A DNA stretch of 64,000 nucleotides from Lama guanicoe (taxonomy: Eukaryota). Positions 1-14,869 of the stretch are shown here, piece after piece. Location of the stretch: contig MU053588.1 in assembly GCA_013239625.1 (NCBI GenBank), forward strand, positions 2,056,508 to 2,120,507, read 5' to 3'. The translations under genes were made by a program, and so were the position numbers. Within the stretch, counting starts at the first letter, position 1. Each line of letters starts with the position of its first letter. The notes beneath the pieces are model-generated. The model was not told the DNA's origin and made no database searches. It was given only the letters and a program-made list of their open reading frames with translations.

Positions 1-1049
1 AAGTAAAACAAAACGACAACCTATGGAATGGGAGAAAATTTTTGCAAATGAAACCGACAAAGGCTTGATCTCGAGAATATATAAGCAGCTCATATGACTT
101 AATAAGAAAAAAACAAACCCAATCCAAAACTTGGCAGAAGATCTAAACAAGCAATTCTCCAAGGAAGAAATACAAATGATCAACAAGCACATGAAAAAAT
201 GCTCAATATCACTAATCATCAGAGAAGTGCAAATCAAAACTACAATGAAGTATCGCCTCACACCAGTCAGAATGGCCATCATTCAAAAGTCTACAAATGA
301 CAAATGCTGGAGAGGCTGTGGAGAAAAGGGAACCCTCCTACACTGCTGGTGGGAATGCAGTTTGGTGCAGCCACTGTGGAAAACAGTATGGAGATTCCTC
401 AAAAGACTAGGAATAGTCTTACCATATGACCCAGGAATCCCGCTCCTGGGCATATATCCAGAAGGAAACTTACTCCAAAATGACACCTGCACCCCAATGT
501 TCATAGCAGCACTATTTACAGTAGCCAAGACATGGAAACAGCCTAAATGTCCATCAACGCAGATGACTGGATAAAGAAGAAGTGGTATATTTATACAATG
601 GAATACTACTCAGCCATAAAAACCGACAACGTAACGCCATTTGCAGCAACATAGATGCTCCTGGAGAATGTCATTCTAAGTGAAGTAAGCCAGAAAAAGA
701 AAGAAAAATACCACATGAGATCTCTCATATGTGGAATCTAAACTTAAAAACAAAGAAACAAACAAAACATAAATACAAAACAGAAATAGACTCATAGACA
801 TAGAATACAAACTTGTGGTTGCCAAGGGGGCGAGGAGTGGGAAGGGATAGACTGGGATTTCAAAATGTAGAATAGATAAGATTATACTGTATAGCACAGG
901 GAAATATATACAAGATCTTATGGTAGCTCACAGAGAAAAAAATGTGACAATGAATATATATATGTTCATGTATAACTGAAAAATTGTGTTTTACACTGGA
1001 ATTTGACACAACATTGTAAAATTATTGTAAATCAATAAAAAATGTTAAA
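1..1049 (+). mobile_element. Young lineage-specific LINE-1, 3' part (ORF2 C-terminus, 3'UTR, AATAAA, tail); runs off the left edge
   Basis: ORF 131-574 gives L1 ORF2 C-terminal motifs ([29 protein letters not shown]); L1 3'UTR follows with aataaa at ~1035. Confidence 0.95.
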
Positions 1050-1090
1050 TATATATATAGATAGATAGATAGATAGATAAGAGATAAGAG
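1049..1090. repeat. (TA)n(GATA)n microsatellite at the L1 tail position
   Basis: atatatatatag atagatagatagatagataa directly after the L1 3' end. Confidence 0.9.
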
Positions 1091-1770
1091 ATAAAACAGA
1101 ATAGAAAAACAAAAGAGAAAATCAATAAAATCAAAGTTGGTTCTTTGAAAAGACCAACAAAATTTACAAATCTTTAGATATACTAAGAAAAAAAGAGAGA
1201 CACTTCTAATTACTAAAATCAGAAGTGACTGTGGGAACATTACAAGTGATTAATCAGAAATAAAAAGGATTATAAGAGAGTATTATGAACAACTGTATGC
1301 CAACAAACTGGATAACCTAGGTGAACAGACATATCCTAGAAACATACAATCTACCAAGATTGATTGTGGTCATAATTCATATGAAGAAATAGAAAATCTG
1401 AACAGACTAATAACAAGGAGATTGAATCAATAATAAAAATCTCCCTATAAAGAAAAGCCCTGGACCCGATGATTTCACTGGTGAATTTAACCAAACACTT
1501 AAAGAAGAATTAATACCCATCCTGCTTGAACTCTCTCCCTCAAACTGAAAAGGAACATTCCCAAACTCATTTTACTAGGCCATCATTATACTGATACCAA
1601 AGTCAGATAAGTACACTACAAGAAAACTACAGGCCAATATTCCTGGTGAATACACATGTAAAAATTCTCAAAATACTAGCAAACCAAATTCATCAGCAAA
1701 TTAAAAGGACCATATACCATGACCAAGTAAGATCTAGCCCTGGGATGCAATGATGTTTCAACATACACTG
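1091..1770 (+). mobile_element. Older, degenerate LINE-1 ORF2 fragment
   Basis: L1 ORF2-like sequence (aaagttggttctttgaaaag, tatgccaacaaactggataacctag, ctgataccaaagtcaga) with no open frame. Confidence 0.85.
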
Positions 1771-2361
1771 GGGATCAAGTACTGAATAATGACAAAACAA
1801 GGTTCTGGTCAAAAGAATCTTGGTTTCCTGTATATACTTGAAGGATACAGATTTTTTACAGAATGTAGCTTCAGCCACATTCCATAAGTTCAATTATGTT
1901 GACATCTTAATGTCATTCATTCCTGAATAGTCTATTTCAATTTTCATTTCTGTTTGATCCAGGATTTAAATACACACGATTATAAATTTCCAGAGAGATG
2001 ACAAAGTCTCTCCACACAAATTGCTTACCAACTGCAAACCACATCTTTACAATGGAGATCCAGAGCCATCATCTCAGTTTCACTAAGAATGGGATGGCCT
2101 GTCCTTAAATGTCTTCTGATGTGTTGCAGTATGACAAACATAACCTACAAAGTACTCTTCCCTCAAACATTTAATGTGAAACTAATGAAACCTCTAGACA
2201 TAACTTCCTTTGTACAGAAAATAACAAAGGTCAGAATAAGGCTAAATGACATTATAAGGAAACAAAAAAACCTAAGCACACAGTAGATAATTTTCCTGGA
2301 TTTCTCAAAAAGTCAACATTGTTTTTTAAAATGAAGAGAAATGTTCTAGACCAATGACTCT

Positions 2362-2510
2362 CTAACAGTGATGCCCATCAAAATCACCTGGAGAGCTAGT
2401 GAAATATTCAGAGGCTCAGGGTCACTGAGGTAGGATAAGGCCTGGACCTTTGTAGTTTACCAAGTTCCACAGGTGATTCTGATACCCAAGAAAATTTGAG
2501 AGTCACTGTT
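2362..2510. mobile_element. MER5A-like hAT DNA transposon, within an old L1 3'UTR-like region
   Basis: atcaaaatcacctggagagct...aagttccacaggtgattctgat...tttgagagtcactg resembles the MER5A consensus. Confidence 0.7.
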
Positions 2511-3695
2511 GCAGACTACAAGAGGCTAATGAGAGCTAACAACCAAAAACAATGAAGAATCTGGAATGCATTCTCTCTAGAAAATAAACAGCTATAAAAA
2601 GCATTTTAGACACCAATGAAGAAATCTGCATACAGGATAATTATTATTGAATTATGGGTAATTTCCTTATGGGTAATTATGGTGCTATGGCTATATCCAA
2701 GACTGTCTTTATGTTTGGGAAATACATATTGATGTAATAAGAGGTACAGTATCATGATGTCTAAAACATATTCTCAATGGTACAACAAAAAATACACAGA
2801 AACATAAAGATGTTAAATTGCTAACAACTTTGAATCTAGACAGGAGTATTTGGGTGTTTATTCTTTATGTGTAACAATTTTCATGATAAAGAGCTGGATA
2901 ATATATGTGGATAGTTTTTATTTTTGCTGTTACTAAATTGTCTTTACTTCTGGACAGAGAACATAAATTACACATTCTCTGCCTGTTGAAACTTTTATAG
3001 GCAAATCATTTTAAAAACTCTCCCAGATTCTTCAACAGCTGTTATTTTCAACATCTTTCCATTCACGAAATCCACAGGGTTTCTTTCCAGCATTAACTTT
3101 TTGATGTAACTGAAGGAATGAGGCCTTACTGAGAATCCTCTCACGTTCTTTACCTTCCACTAGATTTTATCCAGTATAAGTTATTTAAAATTTAATTACA
3201 GATGAATGAATGTGGCTTTTCTAAATTACTCACAATAATACAATTTTCTCTCACATCAATAACAGTAATGCAAGTGAAACAACAATGTAAAAGCCATTCT
3301 TTATGAGTACAGCCATGTGCCAAACACTATTTCAAGGATCTCGTAAGTACTACAACACATTTATTCCCATAACTGTGCTACTAAGTACTCTTTATTGTTG
3401 CCATTTACCAATGGTGCAAAAAGAGGATAAAACATCTAGCCTCATATCACACAGGCAGTGAAATGGCAATGATAATAAAGTATGTGCTTCAGGTAGACCT
3501 TTTCCTATATTTCTTCCAGTGAGTTTTCCTCTAGTGAATTTGAAGGCTTTTCCAAATTTATGAAATTAACATATCTAGTAAAATATATTTATGGTTAGTA
3601 AATTATGACCATGAAGGCTACCCTATATTCTCACTACAGAATGTCTTTTCTGAACTCTAAGGTGTTTACTGTGACTGTAAGTCTTTTAATGTTAC

Positions 3696-5478
<1,783 letters not shown>

Positions 5479-5829
5479 CTGAAAGAAAACACATATTTTC
5501 CTGTAACACACACAGGTACAAAATCCATTAAAAAATGGCTTAAACCTAAAATACTTTCAGAGAATTTGAAAAAAGGATTAAGAAGAGCTCTAATAACAAA
5601 GATAATTTATGTAAGATGGTGATGTTCACAATAGGGGAGCAGATTAATTTTGTGGAATTCAGCTGTTAATCAAAATCATTTCATAAACTTGTTACAGGTA
5701 TTGACATTCAAGTAACTCAGATAAACAGAATAAGAACTTTTAGGAATAAATCTTGAGAAGCTGTATTTTTAACATCTCTATCAGATGATTCTGATGCAGA
5801 TTAGTTTAAGAATCTGTATTTAAAATTGG

Positions 5830-6325
5830 TTCGAATGCTTTGTTTTTACTATAAAAATCCAAAACCTTTGCCATGGATAATAAGAATTCATATCAAGCCA
5901 CTGTGCCTTATGTCTTTCACACTGCCTCTTTTTTGTACCTAGAACATGACACAACCTTTTTTCCATATCTTCATGCTTTGCTCAGACCGTTTCATCTCCC
6001 AAGAACCCTCTGGCCTGTGCTCTTTGTAAGAAACATCCTTCTTATCTTATAAGTCTCAGGGTAAATGTCTTCCTCAGAATAGCTGTACCTGCTGGGCCCT
6101 ACCTAAATAAATCCCTGCCCTTTACTCTCTATTCTAGAGCCTCATTCCTTGCCTTCATAACTGTGTTTCAATTACATTTTCGTTCATTCATTCATTAACT
6201 CATTTCTTATTCTGTATATTGTCTTATCCCTAAATCCACAACGGCAGACACAATCCTAATGGCATTCATCACTGAATAATAAGTCCATAGCACATAGTGT
6301 GCTAAATAGATTGGCGAATTACTGA
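5830..6325 (+). mobile_element. Ancient LINE-2 fragment
   Basis: L2-like 3' sequence (aaatgtcttcctcagaa, gcacatagtgtgctaaatag); boundaries approximate. Confidence 0.55.
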
Positions 6326-6389
6326 TAAATAAAGGAAATTAGGCTGAGAATAAAGGTTTATAATACAAAAAATAAGCTACTGGGAGAGG

Positions 6390-7720
6390 CTTATCATAAT
6401 GAAAGAAAAAAAGACTGAAAAACAAATGAACACAGCAACAAGGACCAGGATGACAATAAAAAAGTTCTGACATTCACATCATTAGCATCCCAGAAGAAGA
6501 GGCAAAATGTGCACAGCAGAAAAAGGTGTTGAAGAAAAGGGGCTAAAACCTTCCCGAGTTTGGCAAAACTCATAAACCTACAGACAAAAACCTCACTGCA
6601 CCCCAAAGAGAATAAACCTAAAGAAATCCATACCCCTACTCATCATAATCAAACTGGTAAAAACTAAAGCAAAGGAAAAAAATACTTGAATGCACCTTAA
6701 AAAACCCCGAACTCATTACCTATACAATATCCAAATAATGATTCAAATGACTCTAGGCTTCTCATCAGAAACCATGGGGGCCAAAGGGAAGTGGCACAAC
6801 ATTTTAAAGTGCTGAAAGAAAAATTCAACTCCAAATTCTATATCCTGATCAGAAATGAAGATGAGATAAAGACATTTTTAGATGGTAGAAAACTTTGTCA
6901 CCAACAGGCCTACTCTAAAAGACTTGCTGAAGGAAGTTCTTCAGACCAAAAGGAAATGATATCAGAAGAAAACATGGAACACTAGGAATGAAGGAGAAGC
7001 AAAAGAAATGGTAAATATCTGAGTAAATTTAATAGACTATTTTTTTCTCCTGAGTTCTTTAGAACATGTGCAATGGTTGAAAGAAAAACTGTATCATTGT
7101 GTGATGGGGCTTTCAATATATGTAGCTGTAATGCTACTATAGCATTCATATAAAACAAGTACAACATAAAGGGAACTATATATTGATATGTGATAACCAC
7201 TGACTGAAAAAAGCAGGTTATAAAGCAACAATTTCAGTATGACCTCATTTTGCTCGACAGAAATAACTATATGTGTGTGTAAAGGTATAGGAGGAGAGTG
7301 CTGAAGTAGGAATTACTAAAAAGTGTGATTGTCAGGGTTAAATTTTTAATTTGGACTAGTCTCTACCAATTTTCTATAATGTACCTGTATTATGGCCATT
7401 ATTATAAAGAGATATTAAATATTCTTATGCTCCTAACAAAATACAAAGGAAAATAGAGAGATCCACAAACTGAATGGGAGATTCTAACATACCTCTTTCA
7501 GTAATTTGCAAAAGTATGTATTTTTAAAAATTAAATAAACAAATTTACATAAAACACAAAACAAACCTGACACTACAAATACATGTTCCTTTTTCAATCA
7601 CACACCACTTTATATAATTTGAACATATACTGCGCTATAATATAAAGAAAGTCTCAACATACTTCAAAGGAGTAAAATCATATATTCTCTGATTGACCAT
7701 AATATATTCATGCTATTATT
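6390..7720 (+). mobile_element. Old LINE-1 ORF1/ORF2 fragments
   Basis: ttctcatcagaaaccatggggg...tttaaagtgctgaaagaaaa (ORF1 C-terminal region); degenerate endonuclease region downstream. Confidence 0.7.
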
Positions 7721-10700
7721 ACTTTATTTGGAAGTGGTTGATCAAAATTATAGTAATCTATACAGAGACAGGATATTATGTGATTCTTCACAGAATGCTA
7801 TTGGAATTATGCATCCACCATGGAGTTTTCTGAACCAACTTATGAGAAAATGTTTAAATCACACCAATTCAGAATGCCATGCTTTAAGAAAACTGGCCTG
7901 GATTTGACTGAAAAAAAAAAGCCAAAGTAAAAGAAATAACAAAACAAAACAATTTTAAGGTACAAAAGTTCTTTAGATTAAAAAAGGACTAAAGAAACCT
8001 AACAATAAATCAATTCATGAACTTTGTTTTGACCCTGAAATGAAACATGCTCACATAAAACCAAAAATAATAGTAATAATAATAATAATAAAGAAAAAAG
8101 AAACAGGAGAAATTTAACTATCAACTATACTTTAGAACATAACCGTGAAAGAATAACTTTCCTAGATGTGATAATGACAGGTTGTTTAGGTTAATTAGGA
8201 TAATGAAATTAATTAGGAATAATGAAAGGTTATTTAGGATAATGTCCTATTCTTAGGAGATGCAAGCTGAAGTATTTAAGTATCTGGTGTCATGACTTAC
8301 TATCATATGGTTCAGCAAAAAAGGTTTAAATCATTTAGATACATAAGTACATACAGCAAATGTGGGAAAATGTCAGCAACTGGTCAATCTACATAATGGT
8401 TTTAAATGGAATTCAATTATTATTCTTTTAACTTTTCTCTAGGTTTGAACATTATCAATATAAAAACCTGGGAAATAAAAGAAAGAGTACTCTTGAGTCA
8501 AAGAAATAATCATGAAAATTAGAAAATATATTGAGGGAAAATGAGGAGTTACTGGGTATGGGATTTCTTTTTGGGGTGAATGAAAATGTTTAAAAATTGA
8601 TTACAGTGATAGATGCACAACTTTGTGAAAAACTATTTAATTGTGCGCTTTAAATGGGTGAATTTTACAGTACGTGAATTGTATCTCAATTGTCATATTT
8701 AGAAAAAATAAGACTGCAAACTGTTATCAAGATACAAATACTCTGGGAATACTGTTCCTGTGACCCCTTACTTCAGAGTCTAGAAGAGAAAAAAGTTCAA
8801 GCAACCAGACTGACTAGAGATACAATCACGCACATATACATTCTTACAGAATTAACACAAAATGAAGATTATTAACATGAGATTACAGTATATAATGGCT
8901 ATTTACTTTGAAATGTAGATAGAGTAAAACTAGGAAAAATGGGAACTTGCAGGAAAAACTCAGGACTCTAATGAGTTCTTGTTTCTACTTACGGTTTCGT
9001 TTCTTTTATTTCCCAATCCTTGAACTAACACTAAGATGTCTATTTTTATCTGTTAGAATAATTTCTAGGAAAAATGTCTATAAGTCCATAAGCAATATCT
9101 TGTATGTGTCAATGACAGTCTAATTTGCTGCTTCTTTCATGTCTTCTTCACAAAGGTTTATTATGTTTCTGAACCTAACATTTTAGCTACAATGTCCTCT
9201 TCACAACTGCTGAATCATCTTCCGTTATGTCACTTTGCATCTAACATATTTAGAATTTCAAAGTAAGGTACAAATCCTACCACATTATTTTATTTAACTC
9301 TACAGAAATCCTATGGGCTTACTATAATTTGGTCAAAGTCTGGTGAATATAGACTAAAAAAATTGTCAATTTCCTGTAAACTCTCAAAGTATACTAGATG
9401 ACTTTCTCTAATGGACTTTATAATACTCTGCCATTCTTATTCAGATTTTATCTTCTTTGCTGGATAATAAGAAATTTAAATATGGTGGCAGTTTCTTTTT
9501 AGTCATTACATCTTCCAAATATCACACTGCAAGTATCCACCGTATTGCAGGTACCTGACCATCTTATGATTAACCCAAATTCCAATTCTAGGAATTTTCC
9601 ATAGAAAACAGCTATGAAAGCACACATAATACATGCACAAGAATGACCATCAGAGAATACTACATGATAACCAAAAATCAGAAACTTTAATGTCTTATTA
9701 GCTGGCAGATAGTTAAATAAACTATGGTCTGCTATATGATGGCATATCAGGCCATTTTTCATTTATGATGATCCAAACAACTGATGAAGAAAAAAATTTA
9801 TGATGAATTACAAAGTGAGGCAAGCAGGATTTTAGAAGTATACCTAATTTCAGACATGGTACCCTGTCATTAGTAAAACAAACAAATTTTGTTTTCATAT
9901 TCAGTATGTGAATCTGAACAAGGACAATTAGTAACTGCTCAGTGCCTGTTTCTTATTAGGAAAATAAAAATAAGAGTAGCACAAAGGGTTGTCGGAAAGA
10001 AATGTAAGAAAATGCAATTAAAATACATAACTACGTATTAGTAACTGCTTGTATGTATTATTATTATTGAGGATAAAGAAAGTCACATTTGTTAAAGAAA
10101 CTTAATTCTACTATTTTCCTTTTTCTTATATGTCATATAGTAAAATATAGTATAAGGCCTGCTTTCTTAGAATGCTATACAAGAATATTCAGAGCTTTGC
10201 CTGGAGAATGCAATTCCTAAATAATAATATTAGCAGAAAGGGTTCTCACAGAGACTAGAGAAAAGGTGCCTTCTGGCACAGAAGCTTCAGAGGGAGAGGC
10301 ACTGACATTGCTCTTCTCTCCACAGACCCAGAAATAAATGAAAACCATGACTGAATTGGATTCATTTTTCAAACTGATTCTCACATATCCACACAGAAAA
10401 TACAACTGGAAAAATATAAACCAAAACATCAATAATGACCATCTCTAGAGTGGGACTATAATACTAACTTTCTTCTTTTTGAGTTACTTAGTAAGAACAG
10501 CTCCACACTATTACATCATCAAAAATACACAATAAAGCTACTTCCAAATTAAAAATAAGAACAGTTATCATGAAGTCAATACTTCCAAATATTAAAAAAC
10601 TGAGCTTGTCACAAGGGTCATCAAAGAAATCAAAGTGACTTAAAGAAATAATATTAACCCGTTCTAATATCCTTTAGCTGTATCTTATCAATATCATTAG

Positions 10701-11110
10701 ACACTTTTCTTATCAAGATTCTTCTGTGAAAGAACACAATGCAGTAAGTGGCATCTGCAGACTGAGTTAAGAAAATGTGTGAAACACATAGTATTTCAGT
10801 TCTCTTCTGCACTTAATAACCAATTAAAATATCATTTTGGATATCATCCTTACAGAATGCTTTATGAAACCCTCATTTAGTAAATAAGATTCAACTACAA
10901 TGTAACATTTTCTTGAATACTATTGTTCATAACATGAATACTGCTTAACATTATATCAAATATTTTTTCTTTTCATGATTCCTTATAAACTTAATTTTAT
11001 TAAGCATATAATATTCTACCACATGAGTCTAATGTGATTTGTTTAACTACTCAGTTTGTATAAGATCATTTTAAATGTCACCCCAGGTATCACAGTCTTT
11101 TGACTCTAGA

Positions 11111-11335
11111 CTAAGGTTTCTAAATCTTGGCATTACTGACATACTGAGCCCAATAGTTCTTTTTGGGGAGTTGGGGTGGGAGGGCTATTCTGTGCATTGC
11201 AGAATGTTTAGTAGCATCCCTGACTTCTACCCACAGGATCCAAGTACCATTGCCCCCCCCAGTATAGCAACAAAAATTGTTTCTAAGTATTACCAAATGT
11301 CCCCTGGGGGCAATCACCCCCAGTTGAGAACTAGT
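11111..11335. mobile_element. MER20 hAT DNA transposon
   Basis: tctgtgcattgcagaatgtttagtagcatccctgacttctaccc...aaatgtcccctggggg...ccccagttgagaac matches the MER20 pattern. Confidence 0.85.
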
Positions 11336-11619
11336 AGATCACTGCGTCATGCACACTTTTGATATTCTCATGAAATCACTGTATACTTTCTCTCCCCTCA
11401 AAACCCACATTTAAAATGTTCTAACCATTTCAATATACTATTTCAAGGGGTTTGTGGTCCCCTGAAACCATAAATGGAATCACAGGATCTCAAATTAAGA
11501 ATTTCTATTCTAAATCACTTGAGTATCTCACTCATTTTCTTAAAATGCAGGCAGCAATCACAATGTATCACATATTGCTCATGTTCCTGTTGTGCAGAAA
11601 GTTGAGGGAAATACGCTAA

Positions 11620-12321
11620 AATCCCACTCCTGGGCATATATCAAGAGGAAACTCTAATTCAAAATGATACATGCAAAAAAAATGATACATGCACCCCAAT
11701 GTTCATAGCAGCACTATTTACAATAGTCAAGACATGGAAGCAACCTAAATGTCCATCAACATATGACTGGATAAAGAAGTTGTGGTATACTTAAACAATG
11801 GAATACTACTCAGTCATAAAAAAGAATAAAATAATGCTATTTGCAGCAACATGGATGGACCTGGAGATTGTCATACTAAGTGAAACCAGAAAGAGAAAGA
11901 AAAATACTATTTATCACTTACATGTGGAATCTAAAAGAAAAAAATGACACAAATTAGCATATTTACAAAACAGAAACAGACCCACAGACACAGAAAACAA
12001 ACCTATGGTTAACAAGGGGAAGTGGGGTGGAGGGATAAATAGAGTCCAGAATTTGCAGATACTAACTAATACATATAAAATTGTTATATATTTTCTACTT
12101 TTTTCTAGATATGTATTTTGTATACAACAAGGTCTCACCTTGTATAGCACAGGGAACTGTATTTAATACCTTGTAATAGCCTATAATGAAAAAATATATA
12201 TTCCTTTTCATATTATATATAATATATATCCCTTTTCACTATATATATAAAACTGAATCACTATGCTGTACACTAGAAATTAACACAACATTGTAAATCG
12301 ATTATACCTCAATAAAAAAAA
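11620..12321 (+). mobile_element. LINE-1 3' end (ORF2 end, 3'UTR, A-tail)
   Basis: atgcaccccaatgttcatagcagcactatttacaat..., ends caataaaaaaaa. Confidence 0.9.
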
Positions 12322-13429
12322 CTGTTTTAATGGCCATACATAAAGAACAGCTAAAACTTACTATATGCCTGGCAATGCTCTAGGGGGCTTTACACATTTA
12401 ACTTACCTAATGTTCATTACAAGCCTGAGATAGCTAGAAAGAGACAGAGCCATGATGCTAACCCAGATACTCTGGATCCACAGTCCCTATTCTTAACCAC
12501 AGCACTGTACTCCTTCTCAAAAAGGCACATAAAAAAGAAGTCCAAAACATAAGTTGAGTTGCCAAACCTCAAAGGAGACCTGAACTACAAATTTAAACTG
12601 ATGAGACTCCCTGGAAAAATCCTGCCTCCTACTAATACCAACTACTGTGCTATTCCTTTCCCACTCCTGAGAGACTCACAGGCTGATTGAAATCATCTAT
12701 CTCCATTCTTCATTTGCTTTGAAAAGTATGCCCTCAAAAAACAAGATATCTGATGTGGAATTCTGCCTAAACACTAATTTCCTCCTTACCAAATCAGAGT
12801 CTGAAACATAGCTTTAACATTCATCTCTGGCGGTTTATTTCCATATCATCTTAGAAAAAAATCAAGTGCACTGGAAGAGGTGAACGATTTGCCAAATGAC
12901 TAAATTAACAGTTAAATGGAGAGATGAGGAATAATGGGGTACCACAATGGTGGGCTGCAAAACTTCTCATAACATCTATATTGAAAAAGTAAAAGCGCAT
13001 TTCCCAAACAAAAACCAAGTATGAACTCACCCTTGACTTTCAGACGTGTAGCAATAAAACTCCTCCTCTTTGGGGTTCTTTTGAATAATGGTACGACTGG
13101 AGCGGGAGAAGTCAAGCATGACTCCCTAGGCTTTTCTTGCAACCCAGACTAAATATGAAAGCACCTTCAGAGCCACACCTCCCCTCACATTGCACAAAAT
13201 GGGACGGAAGTAAATGGAGGAATCGGTCCCTGAGTTCGCATCTGATTCCTGGAGACAGAGCTCTGAGAATGGTGTGGTTCTCAACGCATAGCTGTCGTCC
13301 TGGGGGACCCTCAGAGGCACTTCCAGCTCTTAAATTCCCGTCCCAGTTCCAGGTCTGTGCCTTCTTAAAAAGAACCTTTCATTCTAGGCTGAATATCTGA
13401 CCTTCCTACTGGGGCAATTGCTCTGCTGC

Positions 13430-14035
13430 AGCCCCTGTGCCTGTGAGGGAGAAACACAAGAGGGCCACGGGTCCCACCGACATTCACACAGCCACAGCAA
13501 AGCACGCTCAGTCTCCCCGCCACAGCAGCACGCGGGAACCGTGCACACCCCGTGTGGTGCACGATGCGCGCTCTCACGCCCACACTCTGGTCGGCCACTT
13601 GGGAAGGCACGCTCCCCGCCCCTCCTCCCCTCAGGGCTGCACGGGCAGCACGCTCCGTCCTGCGTCAGTCATCGCCCCCGGCTCCTCCTCCTAAGCGCCC
13701 CTCTCTCCCAGCCACACTGACCGGTCTGTAGGACTGCAGAGGCCTCCCACAGACACTAAGTTCTTCCTAGGACCTGAAGGCCTCACCTCACTAAGTCAAC
13801 GACCATGGGGAGCAGAAGTGGGCCGCTAATTCAGCGCGGTGGCCACTGGGAAATACAGCCCGAGAGGACCGCCTCCCAAGCCTAGAACTGGGCTGGTCCG
13901 ATTGATCCCAGCATGCAACTCGAGCCTGCCACGAATAGTGCGCAGGCGCAGGCTGCTGCCGCGGTGAGGCTCGCTTGTCTGAGAAGAGTTGCTCTTTCTT
14001 GAAGCATCGCCTAGCGTTCTTTTCTCTTAATCGAG
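13430..14035 (-). promoter_or_regulatory. CpG island / probable promoter and non-coding exon 1 of the ZNF locus
   Basis: Only strongly CpG-rich stretch in the window; NRF1 motif TGCGCAGGCGCA 13939-13950; ZNF143-like TCCCAGCATGCA 13906-13917 and ggctgtatttcccag (minus, 13860-13846); minus-strand donor GAG|GTGAGG at 13786. Confidence 0.75.
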
Positions 14036-14074
14036 AAAAAATGCACTTGAGCATAACCACTAAAGAAGAAAGAG

Positions 14075-14865
14075 TCTTATATATAGAAAGCCCTAAAAAC
14101 TTCACCAAAAAACTGTTAAAATAAGCAGATTCAGTAAAGTTGCAGGGTACAAACATACAAAAATAAATTGTTTTTATCCATTTACAACAAACCATCTGAA
14201 AAAGAAATTAAGAAAACAATCCATTCTCAATAGCATCAAAAACAATAAAATACTTGGGAATAAATTTAGTCAAGGGTACACTAAAAACTAAAACACTGAT
14301 GAAATAAATTGAAGAAGACACAAATAAATGGATAGATATTCCATGTTCATAAATTAGAATAATTAATATTGTTAAAATGTCCATACTACCCAAAGCAATT
14401 TACAAATCTGATGCAATCCCTGTCAAAATTCCAATGGCATTTTTCATAAAAATAGAAAAAACAATCCTAAAATTGGTATGGAAAAACAAAAAATCCTGAA
14501 AAACCACAGCAATCTTGGACAAGAACAAAGCTGGAGGCATCACATTTCCGAGTTCAAATTATATGATAAAGCTACAGAAATCAAACTATAATACTGACAC
14601 AAAAACAGACATAATGGATTAGTAGAACAGAGAGCCCAGAAATGAATCCACACTTATATGGGCAATTAATCCATAACAAAGGAGGTGAGAATATACAGTG
14701 GGGAAAAGCTAGCCCTTTCAATAGATGGTGTTGGGAAAACTGGACAGCTACATGCAAAAGAATCGAACTGGGCTGCTTTCTCACACCATATATGAAAATA
14801 AACTCAAAATGGTTTAAAGACTTAAATATAAGACTGGAAACTATGAAACTCCTAGAAGAAAATTC
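14075..14865 (+). mobile_element. Older LINE-1 ORF2 fragment
   Basis: ORF 14642 translates to L1 ORF2-like [26 protein letters not shown]. Confidence 0.85.
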
Positions 14866-14869
14866 AATT

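Noticed and set aside
1770..1990. Twin-priming L1 inversion at the plus/minus junction
   Set aside because: The antisense piece looks much more degenerate and no shared TSD is visible; more likely two unrelated fragments
13126..14195. Short ORFs over the CpG island
   Set aside because: Expected in stop-poor GC-rich sequence; no recognisable domain, and one runs into antisense L1
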